From Macrostomum lignano (lineage: Eukaryota), in assembly GCA_002269645.1 (NCBI GenBank), contig NIVC01002494.1, forward strand, positions 104,631 through 168,630: a stretch of DNA of 64,000 bases, given 5' to 3'. Each line of letters opens with the position of its first letter. Position 1 is the stretch's first letter. The notes under the pieces were generated by a model that was given only the letters and a program-made list of their open reading frames with translations, did no database searches and was not told where the DNA came from. Position numbers and translations under genes: made by a program. This document shows positions 49,480 to 61,029 of the stretch, in pieces.

Positions 49480-51070
49480 GCGTTTGTGTTCCGCACTACA
49501 CCCAGATGGCCATCGACTCGCGCACCCTGCTTAGCCCGCCGCCACTCTCTTTCACTGGAGTGCCACACGAAGTAGGACGACACCTCCGTGTAGAGCAAGG
49601 ACCCAGCAAACTCTTCAATACGGCACAGCTTGAAAAATGGCGTCCACGTTGAGTCCCTCTTAAAACAAAAGCGTTCTCGCTTTTTATCTTGCGATACCTT
49701 CGTTAAAATACACGACCTGCTCCTCCGACTTGTGAACGTATAATCGGATGACCGCCATAAACCTGTTGTGCACCTGACCAGAAAGTGGAAGGAAAATATA
49801 CAGCCTTAAAGTTTCGATGGAAATTCAATTTATACTTTGACGAGGTGTTCACAGCTCTGGTTAAAAGAGCCAATAATAATTAGAATGCGAATTACTTCAA
49901 AGCCCAAGATGGTATTCACGGCTTCCATTAGACCAATTTAGCGCACGGACAGGTACTCCTTGATCTCATCACGCGGCTCATTTTCTGCCATTTGCGTCTG
50001 CTGCTAATTAACCACTGCCTGCTCTCTCGGTTCAGTAGAATTCTTATTGGCATCGACTTTGAGCAAACACGAGCAATCTGAGCAAACATGAACGCACGGC
50101 ATACAAGTGGAGGAGCAGACTAAATATGAAAACGCGCTAGCACCCACACGTGCACCCCGCCCCCCGCAACACACGCAACCCCGGACGCACCCCCGAGCCA
50201 AGCGAGCCACCTCACCCCGCAGTTTAAACGCCCTTACCACCAACACAGTGGCAAGGGTAACAGGAACTCTTTCTGAAAGCCCTTGCTGCATTCTCCATTT
50301 TCCATGCAAGGGCACACCGGATTCTCCTGCCGCAGGGGCCATGGATCATGTGCGTCTTCACCAGCTCATAGAGCACGGGCTGCTGCTCTGAAATCTCGGC
50401 AGACACGATGTCATCGTATCGGTCCGGAGTCACCCGCTGACCGCTCGTGAGCCATAGCATATTATGGATAATTTATTTCGCAAAATATGTTTTAAAATAT
50501 CTCGCAGACTTACTAAATGTGTTCACCAGATGGTCGACGGTCAGGGTGAATCACAATTCGCGCATCTCCCAACTGCGGATCATGGCTGATTCGATGAGCG
50601 ACTGCCTTCAGGCTGTGGACATAGCCGTTGCACTCGTGAAGCAGCGTCTGCAGCAGCTCCGGTAGCTCTGGCTTCACCTTCTGGCTGAGACTCTGGCGGC
50701 TTTCAAGTTCGCGATCGTTGAAATACACCTGCCAGCCATGGGGCTCAGCTGAATCCTCTGCAAACAGCGGCGCCGTGTTGTGATGCAACTGGCCGCTGAT
50801 GATGAAGCTGGGACTCCAGTCTGGTACCAACCGCAGTTTGGCTCCCAGCGACGTCAGGTGCAGCCCCGAGTTGTAACTTCTAATGTTGGTTAGGAACTCG
50901 GCACTCATTCTGCGCCGCCCCAGGTACAGATCCGCCAGCACTTGAAGCACTGTGCGTCTGGGCAGCTTCACCTCGCCTTTGGCGTAGCAGAAATTCCTCG
51001 TCTCAGAGCACCAAAGTAATGCACCGCATTGGTCGCATGCTCTGTCCATTGGGCCACAGTTATGGACTGG
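49480..51070 (-). mobile_element. Internally deleted Helitron Rep relic
   Basis: GPMDRACDQCGALLW.SE, FLTNIRSYNS, FIISGQLHH, SAEI...LYELVKTHMIHGPCG, RDEIKEY, TPFFKLC...LLYTEV..YFVW...WRR.KQG. Confidence 0.85.
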
Positions 51071-54000
51071 CGCTTCAGGCCTGATTATAAGAGTTAGAAA
51101 TCTGAAGTTTAGCCTAAATTAGGAGATAGGTGGAAATTTATTAAATATGCCTAGGCGCAGTGAAGGGCGAGGCAGAAAAGCACAATGAGACCCCTAGATA
51201 GCTATTAGAAGGGTAAACAGAAGCAGCATTAAGACGATTAATCAACTGTCAAGTCAGATTTGAATGACCGAATCTAATAAAGCCTCCCTTCCATTCCAGT
51301 GAGTAGCAACACTCCGCCGCAGGCACAATGGCGCTCAAACTGGCCGGGAAAAGCAAACCGAGGAGAGGCCCGACTTAGACAGCAATGACGTCAAAAAGAG
51401 CAATCGGCCCGTGGCACGCGTCAGAACCTGGCGAACTTTGGAGGAGAATCGCACGGCCCGCCTACGGACTTCTATCGAACCTGAAGCGGCCCAAGAAGGC
51501 GAGATCAACCCCAAGTAGCTTGACAACCGAGAGAGAGAACTGTCTAATCATCCATGGACAGAGTTAAGAGAAGGAAAACTAAGCTCTTTTTTCTGTAATC
51601 TATTGTGATAAATAGGCAATTAGATAATAGCATGCACGGCGAGCAAATAATTAGGCCCTAGACAAACCTACTTGGAGCGTTTGGAGATTTTAAAGCTATT
51701 AATCCTAATCGCCTATCGCCGGTCGGCGAGTCCTACCAGTCTTTCTCCAATAGCCGCAGGTACAGTACAAGAAAATAAAGAACACGAGGGAACACAAACC
51801 GAAAGATTTAGAGAGTGATAATCCTATATGATACAAACTGATAATTGGCTAGACGATTTAATTTGATTATTCAGGCTACAGGATTCAAGCAAATTAGCGG
51901 CGCAGATAATTAGACTGATGATAACGAATAATAACGATTAATAATAATGATTATATTACGCACTGACAAGCGGATCTCAGCTTGAAGAAGAAGAAGGAGG
52001 CACCGAACACAGGACCACGGAGAAAGACTCCTATCCCCTGGCCTAAACCAGAACCTACACTCAAACGAGAGCCCTGCCGAATCGACCGTTCAACGGAGTA
52101 CCGACTAAATTCTATCGGCACTGCCCTTCAGTGTAACACTGAGGCCCTCGGGTCGAGGCCGCGTACTTGATCAGATCCGACAGTCTCTATCTAACCGCGC
52201 TTGATAGCGACGACTTCAGACAGAAATTTGCCGTAGACGTTACGCCACAAGACTAAAGCGGTTGGGCGGGAACAAAAATATGGACCGGGGTGATGAATTC
52301 AGGCGCCTCAAAGCGCGAACCAAAGGGAAACAGCTAGGCCACCGGCCGGGAGACAAGACAAAACCGGGAAGAGAGGAGAGAGGAGAGAAGGCGAGATCCG
52401 ATTGCCAAAACACACTTTCATATATAGTCAGAGTCACAACCCCTCAAAACCCCCTCAAGCCGGGTGGTGGTCGTCTGGCCGGCCACTTGCTTAAGCCGAA
52501 TTGCACTGTGCCCGCGGCGCCGGGTAGAATTGAAACTTGCCGTGCCAGGGTCCAGGCCGGTTCTGATTGGCTGACCGCGCAAAGCTGGGGTTCGCAGAAA
52601 ACTCAACCCTCCGCTGAGTCACAAATGACGTCTGACTTCTAGCCTGTTTACGCAAAATTGATTCTAACTAGCAAGGAAAAAGTACACCAAAAACGTATGA
52701 CTAAACTAAAGCAAAATAACAATTCAATAACAATAATGCAAAACCTAACTAATAGAATACAAGGCTATCGCAAAAGATGCTCACACTACACTATCTATCC
52801 CAAAATTTATCCAACTCAACGCATAGATTTGCAAAACCCGGAATAATCTCTAACCCACACACTTCAGTTTAAATGAAATTTTATTTTTATAAAACAACTT
52901 GAGTTCGATAACAAATAAACTATGATGACCAGTCACGCCAATGACCTACCTATTTTGAGCAGGTCTTGCGCCAAAATGACCTAAGATACACTCTGCAGAG
53001 TTAATCTTGGCGCCTCTGCATCTACATTGGGCTCAGAAACTGGAATCGGATTAGCAAAACGTAATGACTCAATGCTCATGACGTAAAAGAATTCGGACGA
53101 TTGTAATCGGCGGCTGCAAAGAGGACATACAGTACTGCAATACACTGCAAAGCTAGTCTGTCATGTTATAGCATTATAAACAAAAATTATTAGAAAACGA
53201 TTTGATCAGTTAAAGATTCTTTAAAACCGATTCTCATGCATCAATTTTCTTCGAAATCAATCGCAAAACTTAGTTTTCTTAGAAACCGATCGCATATGCT
53301 GATATTCTTAGAAGGCGAAGAAGCGAATGTAGATTCTATTCAATATGCTGATCTCATAAATAAAATTCTTGGAAACCGATCTCGTAAGTATGATGATAAA
53401 TCGCATGAAAAAATCTCAGAAACAGATTCTAGTTTTTTTCTTTTAAACCTATGTACCAAATAAACGTCAGCTAAGGCACAATGGGGAATGGGCACACTGA
53501 TCATTATTTAACGATCACTAAATATATAGCTCAGATGGTGGAATGGATCTGAGACTGGAAAGAGGCAAGGACGCTCCTGCAGCTTCCTCTGGCACTGGCA
53601 CTGGCACTCGGCATGGCTCACTAATCTACCGACCCGTCTGGCCCAAGGACTACTAGATGAAGTGTTCCTAGTGATCCTTGGTCTGGCCCCGGGTGCTCAT
53701 CAAACGGATGAGGAGTCCTCGAGTGACCCGATTGCTCTATGCCAGTGGACAACTGAGCATCTGTGGTGCAAAGACCTACGTAGACGCCGCCAAGGCTGGT
53801 CGTCGATTTCTGGCTATGCTACGCCGAAGAGTGCCGGCTTAACTGCTGCCTCTTAAAGCTGCTTGCGTGCGGATGAAAACAATTAGTGCACAGGGGAAGC
53901 TTGACTAATCTAATCTATTGTCATGGTCCATGCAGCTTATACGGGATTCGACCTAGCGCAATGTACGAACCCGAATCATTTTCTGTACTAATTTGTAAGC

Positions 54001-54099
54001 TTCGATTCCGCAAGTGCCTGTTACGAGCTATGTATGGTTCCATAGTTCTCAGTGGAGCCCGATCTGCCCATCAGTTGCATTCCGACTATGAGCACTCAT

Positions 54100-54600
54100 C
54101 AATACTCACAAAAGACCCAAACATCTCAAACAAACATCTGTGGGTGATCCAGGGTGTCATAGAGGACTTCAGTTTCAGCGGGATTCTGACTGGCGCAGGG
54201 GGCTGTCGGGGCATACACGCAAACAGCATGCAGGCGCCTGTCCTTCAGGGCAAAGGCCGCTTGCCCAAGACGCTCAGTCGGGAACCGGATGTCCAGCAGG
54301 GCTTTGGACGCAGCGGCCGAGAGCAGCCAACAAAAATCACCGACGCGCCGCGGCGAGGCTGGGGCGGCCTTGAATTGCCACCCAAGGCCCAGGTCTGCGC
54401 TTTCGTCCGTGGTCCTGCGATGCTCTTGGACAGCCAGAACTGAGATTCCGCCAACCGGGTCAGCTCCTGCAGCTTCCACGGGTGGCTGAGGGTACGGGTG
54501 TTAAAGGTGGCGAGCCGAATCTGGGCCAGAAGAGCTGGTGGTCGGCTCGTCTCTCGGTCCACTCCGCTTACGCGTGTATTGCGGGAGCCGGCTGGGGTGG
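54100..54600 (-). mobile_element. RTE-like LINE apurinic endonuclease relic
   Basis: IRLATFNTRTL, LAVQEHR, VCVYAPT; frameshifted. Confidence 0.85.
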
Positions 54601-54998
54601 AGGTGCTGGCCCTCGAGTCCTGGCGGGTTCGTTCGGCGGGCACTGGTGCGGAGCTCCTTGCGTTAAAGCGCTTCCGGTGACGCGCAGAGGGTCACCTGTG
54701 AGTCGCCCGTGGGTGACAGCGACACCGATGGCACCTGGCCTGCGCTCAAGCCGAAGGTGGGCGACCAATTTCCACGCAACTTGGCGTGAGAATTATAGCC
54801 AACTAGCAATTAACAGCCAACAAAGAATGGAATGCACATTTTGAATAAACTACATGCAGCTTCTGACCTCAACCTTGACATCTCAGCGATTCCCCCTAAG
54901 CTTTAGCATTTCAGCAATTATTGCCCCCCCCCCGAAACAGCTTGCTGAAACAAAGCAGATTTTTTTCTTTTTGTGAAGTATTCTTTTCGTGCTCTTCT

Positions 54999-56539
54999 TC
55001 AATGTGCTGGTGCCACGTCGAGCCATTTTGCAATGGGCCTCAGACTGCACCCCGCTCTTGCCAGAGCTGCCAGGGTTGGCAGTAGCCTTCCCTTTTTGGC
55101 AGACTTTCCTCGGCGCATCTTGAGCTTGAGAGCACCCCGCTGGAAAAATGATCCGTTAAGGTACCGACTGGCCCAAGCGTTGTAGAGGCCGAGGACAAAT
55201 GAATTGCCCGTTTTCCCCCTGCGGAACTTGCGGTGATACACCAGTCCACTAGCAGGGAGGTCGGGATGGTGTGCCGTGGTTTTGGCCTCAGCAGCCGCAG
55301 CAGCATCTCCAGGGGGCGCCGCCGCTGAACTGCTGAAGCTTCCACCGACCGGCTTGTCTGGTTGTCTTGGGAATCCAGTCGCTTCAGCACTCATAGTGAG
55401 CGCCGCCGCTTTGGCCCCCGCAGCTTCCTTCTTGGCCTGCCGCTTGGCGCGTTGCTTAGCGCGTTTGCGCTCAAGCCGAGCCCGTTGAGCTTCGTCGGAT
55501 CTGCCAGATTTGGCTGGTCATTTAGACTCAGAGCTCGCGGTTCCCTTAGATCCACCAGCAGAGCTGGCAGGTTTTTGGATACTTTGGGTTTGGTAGCTCT
55601 GGTCGGATCTGCCTGCAGAGCTAGTCGGTCCTCCCTTTGCCACAGTTGAATCAGTCGGTTGGGATCGACCAGTAGGGCCGGCCGGTCCTTCGGACTGAGA
55701 TTGGGGTTTAGAAGGGTCCACGTCCCTAGATATAGTTTGCTTATCCATAGTCTTCTCGAAGGCCATGATAAAGGTTGGTGGGCTACAATCGAAGAGGCGC
55801 GGTACCCACCCGGCCGCTCCAACTGACCGGGCAGTAGGCCAAAAGAACCCTCAAGGCTGGCCCGACACCAGGAGGGACAACTCCCCGGCCTTCCAGCCCA
55901 TCGGCACGGTCGAACACCTTAGGCATCAGAGGGTACCGTTGAGCAGTACCATGGCCTCTGGATCGGCTTGCGAGACAGGGTGGGGGGTCTGCGGCTGCTA
56001 GAGGCAAATAGAGGGTGCAGAACTCCCACCAACCTCTTCACCATGCTGAAGATGGGGCAGGCGTGAAGCATGGCAGACCTTAGCCAATGGGCCTGGCCTA
56101 TCTCATCATGAAGTTGGATGGACGGAGGCATTCTTGTCGGTGTTCATTGGCACCTCAGCGACTCCTCCTTCGGAGTGGCTTGCAGCGCCTGGCCTGTCCA
56201 GTGTAATTTTCATCCCCTGGCTCAAATAGCCGAAATCAGAGTTCTTCGCGGCGGAAGCTTGTTCTTAGTCTTGTTTGATGCGCGCAGCTCTTCTGCGGCC
56301 TTAATCACCTTCCACCGGTTGTTTTCTTGCTGGCGAGAGTCCTTGCTCTGCACTCTATGCCCTCGGTGCGCAATTGGCAACCTACTGCCAGTAGTTTCAC
56401 ATTGATCGCACACAAGCCGACGTGTCACGCTGCACGAGTCCCTCTCATGATGCCTGGGTGATACACCACCTAAAAGGCAGACCTCACAGCTTAAGCAAAC
56501 TTCGTACAGCTCTTTGTCGCCACTTTTGAAGGTCTTCAT
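54999..56539 (-). pseudogene. Degraded ORF(s) of unknown origin: B-box-like zinc finger (56539-56222) and a low-complexity basic ORF (55766-54999, one in-frame TGA)
   Basis: CLSCEVC...VCDQC...AHRGHRV fits a B-box pattern; the downstream frame reads through 55518-55520 into ...KRAKQRAKRQAKKE...HRKFRRGK. Confidence 0.35.
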
Positions 56540-56825
56540 TTTGAGAAAATTTTCAGAAAGAAGCAGAGACTTGATTATTTGAAGCGTTGGTTATAAACCA
56601 GTCCAGCTATAGATAGATTATCATTAAGTAATTGACCCAGTCGACTCATTTACTAGTTATCAGAGTGTAAAATTTTTGTAAAGCAAGACCAGCCAGTAAA
56701 CATTGTACGCTCGTACAGTGCACGCAAACACAAACAGCTAAATTCAGGCTAATCGAAGTCCCTAAGCTGACAATTAGGCTGCAGCAGTCACTCCTATCTG
56801 CCCAGTAATAAAAATTCAAGTAAGA

Positions 56826-58047
56826 CCTCATGGAGCATGCAGAATCCCATACTGCTGCAGGACCTGCAGAAAGCATGCAAAATACCATACTGCTGTAAGA
56901 CCTCATGGAGCATACAGAATCCCATACTGCTGCAGGACCTCATGGAGCATACAGAATCCCATACTGCTGCAGGACCTCATGAAGCATACAGAATCCCATA
57001 CTGCTGCAGGACCTCATGAAGCATACAGAATCCCATACTGCTGCAGGACCTCATGGAGCATGCAGAATCCATACTGCTGCAGGACCTCATGGAGCATGCA
57101 GATTCTCATACTGCTGCAGGACCTCATGGAGCATACAGAATCCCATACTGCTGCAGGACCTCATGAAGCATACAGAATCCATACTGCTGCAGGACCTCAT
57201 GGAGCATGCAGAATCCCATACTGCTGCAGGACCTCATGGAGCATACAGAATCCCATACTGCTGCAGGACCTCATGGAGCATGCAGAATCCCATACTGCTG
57301 CAAGACCTCATGGAGCATACAGAATCTCATACTGCTGCAGGACCTCATGGAGCATGCAGAATCCCATACTGCTGCAAGACCTCATGGAGCATGCAGAATC
57401 CCATACTGCTGCAAGACCTCATGGAGCATGCAGAATCCCATACTGCTGCAGGACCTCATGGAGCATACAGAATCCCATACTGCTGCAAGACCTCATGGAG
57501 CATGCAGAATCCCATACTGCTGCAAGACCTCATGGAGCATGCAGAATCCCATACTGCTGCAAGACCTCATGGAGCATGTAGAATCCCATACTGCTGTAAG
57601 ACCTCATGAAGCATACAGAATCCCATACTGCTGCAAGACCTCATGGAGCATGCAGAATCCCATACTGCTGCAGGACCTCATGGAGCATGCAGAATCCCAT
57701 ACTGCTGCAGGACCTCATGGAGCATGTAGAATCCCATACTGCTGTAAGACCTCATGAAGCATACAGAATCCCATACTGCTGCAGGACCTCATGAAGCATA
57801 CAGATTCTCATACTGCTGCAGGACCTCATGAAGCATACAGATTCTCATACTGCTGCAGGACCTCATGAAGCATACAGAATCCCATACTGCTGCAGGACCT
57901 CATGTAGCATACAGAATCCCATACTGCTGTAAGACCTCATGGAGCATACAGAATCCCATACTGCTGCAGGACCTCATGGAGCATGCAAAATCCCATACTG
58001 CTGTAAGACCTCATGAAGCATACAGAATCCCATACTGCTGCAGGACA
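56826..58047 (+). repeat. 37-bp satellite (~33 units)
   Basis: GCAGAATCCCATACTGCTGCAGGACCTCATGGAGCAT, period 37 read directly. Confidence 0.97.
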
Positions 58048-58479
58048 TGCAGAGTGCAGGAGCGCCAACGACTCCAGGGGATCACCAACCCTTGCACACT
58101 CTCTGAAGCAAAACTCGCGAGCTTTCAGTGCCATGGAAAGCAAAGCAAGCGGGACCGCACAACTTTATATTTTAATGGTTTTTGGAATACCCAGGCAAAG
58201 CCGCTTGACTTGCACTTTAAGCGAGCTCAGTTGAAGAGTTTTTTGCCCACAGACTGCAAGCACTCAGCTACAGGGGCCCATAGACGGTCTGGCATTTCAG
58301 ACAGGATAAAAGCAGAGCCCCCAGCAGTACCTGCAAATTTCACACATACCGTGAGTTGAGTTGCTAAGGAATAAATTTGTTACACCTGTTGAGCTCATCT
58401 GCTGAAATAGTTCTGCCTGTTGGATCACTCGGCTTGATCGCTGAGAATTGGTAAGTCTGCTAACTAGCTCTCTTGACAT

Positions 58480-59430
58480 TTTTATCTCTTCCTTTCTCCT
58501 GCTACCTGACTGACCCTGACAGGTCAGGATGCAAATTGCAAGTCAGTACCAGTTCCTTCTGTCTGTCTCTTCCGCATCCTGCACGCATCCCTCCCCAAAC
58601 TCTCTCCCATCTGTCCCAACTCTTCCCCATCTCTCTCCTATTCTCAACCCTATTTTCCCCATCACTTCCCCACCTCTCTGGTACCTCTCTGGCATCTCTC
58701 TCTCTCATCTCTTGCTTATCTCTCCCTCAACTCTCCACAAACTCCCCCCATCTCTTCCCAGTCTCTTCCATAATCTCTCTGCCATCTCTTCCCCATCTCT
58801 TTAGCATCCAAATACTAAAAATGTTTTGTCGGTAGGTATCTATCTCTGTGATCGATTAGAGAAAAAACGGCTCAACCGATTTTCTTCGAATCTCTTCCTA
58901 ATCTCTCTCCTATTCTCTCTCCCATCTTTTCCCCATCTTTCCCAAACTCTCCCATCTTTCCCCATTTCCCATCTCTTTCTAATCTCTCTCTTATTCTCTC
59001 TTCCATCTCTCTAATTATCTCTCTTATCTCCCCCTCAACCCTCCCATCCATCCCCGTCTCTCCCCAATCTCTCGCCATCTCTCTCCCATTTCGTGCTAAT
59101 CTCTTGCCATCTTTTCCCCATCTCCCCCGTCTCCCCCATTTCGCTCCTTCTCTCTCATCTTTTTCTCTTCTCTTGCCCATCTCTCTCCCCTTCTCTCTCC
59201 CATCTCTTCCCCATCTTTGCCATTCTCTCTCATTCTCTATTTTACATGTATCTCTCCTCAGTTTCTCGTCTCCACCTATATATTCTCTTTCCCGTCTCTT
59301 TCCCGTCTCTCTGGCATCACTTCCTCATCTCTCTGACATCTCTTCTCCATCTCTTTCCCATTCTCTCTTTTATCTATTTTCCATCTCACTCTTATTCTCT
59401 CCCTCCAATCTCTCCCTATCTCTGCCAAGG
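58480..59430. repeat. Pyrimidine-rich (CT) low-complexity tract
   Basis: Direct read. Confidence 0.85.
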
Positions 59431-59447
59431 ACTACACCTTTTTACGT

Positions 59448-59637
59448 TCGATTTTGAACAAAGTCCAGTTCTAAAAAAACTAGCGGAAATTCAATTCAGA
59501 CAATTCAGACTGGGGCAACAAACCCCAGTTCAAAACATTATGCAACCGAAGCAAGTTTTAGCCATAGACAAAATTGTCCCCAGTCTGAATTGCCTGAATT
59601 GAATTTCTGCTAGAACTGGACTTTGTTCAAAATTGAA
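59448..59637. repeat. ~55-60-bp imperfect inverted repeat (MITE-like hairpin)
   Basis: 59452-59515 vs 59578-59632; 9-nt insertion in the left arm. Confidence 0.85.
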
Positions 59638-59643
59638 CCAAAG

Positions 59644-60256
59644 ACGACTTAAGTAGAAGGACGGGAAACCTCGTTTCTTAGAAAAGTTTTGAAGGCACTT
59701 TTTCCCGAAAAAATACACTACGGAGATTGGAAATTTTCATTTTTTCAGCACAAAAATTGCTATTACTTTTGATAGGAGGCAGATCCAGTGTTCATCTTTT
59801 GATATGTTGTGCCTTTTTTATTGCTCTATCGATATTTATAAAGCTTTTTGTTCAGATTATTTTATCGGGAGGAAGTGCCTTCAAAAATTTTCTAAGAAAC
59901 GAGGTTTCCCGTTCTTCTACTTAAGTCGTCCTTGAATTGAACGTGAAAAGGTGTACTAAAGTAACATATACTCGTATATAGGACGCTACACTCGAAATAT
60001 ATGGTAAATGTTTTGAAGGCAACTTTTCGCCGAAGAATTACCTTACAGAGATAGGAGGTTTTAATTTTTTCATCACAAAAATTGTTATTGCTTTTGATAG
60101 GAGAAAGACCCAATGTTCATCTTTCGATATGTTGTGCCTTCCTTATAGCTCTATTGGGATTCATAAAGCTTATTTATTTATAGTGTATTTTTTGGCGAAA
60201 AGTTGCCTTCAAAACATTTACCATAGATTTCGAGTGTTGCGTCCTTCTACTTAAGT
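59644..60256. mobile_element. Two tandem related MITE-like elements (59644-59929; ~59980-60256)
   Basis: Each has ~55-bp terminal inverted repeats (terminal motif CTTAAGTAGAAGGACG, truncated at the left end of the second) and they share a homologous internal region. Confidence 0.7.
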
Positions 60257-60259
60257 TGG

Positions 60260-60780
60260 CCTGTCTCTCCCAATCGCGCACTCAACCTTCCCCAAACTCT
60301 TCCCCATCTATACCATCTCTTCCCCTTCTCTCTCCCATTTTTTCTCGATCTTTACTCTATCTCTCCAATCTCCCCCATCTCTCTCATCTCTCCAACTTTC
60401 ACCCATCTCATCTCCTATCTCTCCTTCAACACTCCCCATTTTTACTCCATACCTCCCATCTCTCTCGAATTTCCCATTCTCGCATTCTGTTCCCATCTCT
60501 CACTCCTTTTGTCGCCCATTTCTCTCTCATCCCTCTCTCATCTCGGGACCTCATCTCTTCCCATCTTTCTCGCATTTCTCCTCCATCTCCCTACCATATC
60601 TTTCCCGTATCTTTCCCATATCTCACGTATCTTTTCTCTACTGTCTCTCGATTTTCCCTCCAACTCCCCATCTCTCTCCCATTCTCTCAGCCATCTCTCA
60701 CCGTCTTCCTTCCCCGAGTTCTCCACCGTCTCTCCCCTCCGTCCCCCAACTCTTTCCCGATCTCTCCTTCAACTTCACCT
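60260..60780. repeat. Pyrimidine-rich (CT) low-complexity tract
   Basis: Direct read. Confidence 0.85.
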
Positions 60781-61029
60781 TCATTGTAGGAGGGCATACT
60801 TTATGAGATGTTGCCCGCATTGCTACCCACGCGGAATGCACCTGGGTTACCGACCCATGGTGCAAGCTTGTTAAATGTCTGTTTTTATTTAAAACTGCAA
60901 GCACAAGGCATATTTATGAACAGATAAACCTACGCCCACATTGCAGACTTGGGATTTCTACTGAAGCACAGCTAGCTCATCGAGCAGACCGACTGCAGTC
61001 CCAGAGACCAAGTTAAAGACTCAATCAGC

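Noticed and set aside
53522-53600. A-box-like TAGCTCAGATGG as a SINE/tRNA
   Set aside because: No B-box, tail or TSD found
51330-53860. Several 60-126-aa ORFs
   Set aside because: No recognisable motifs, splice structure or repeats to support them
56837-58020. Cys/His-rich repeat ORFs (IPYCCRTS, HTAAGPH)
   Set aside because: 37-bp period cycles through all frames and ends in frequent stops; satellite
58473-60874. S/L/P/F-rich and R/E/G-rich ORFs in CT-rich tracts (also 4226-4732)
   Set aside because: Low-complexity artefacts
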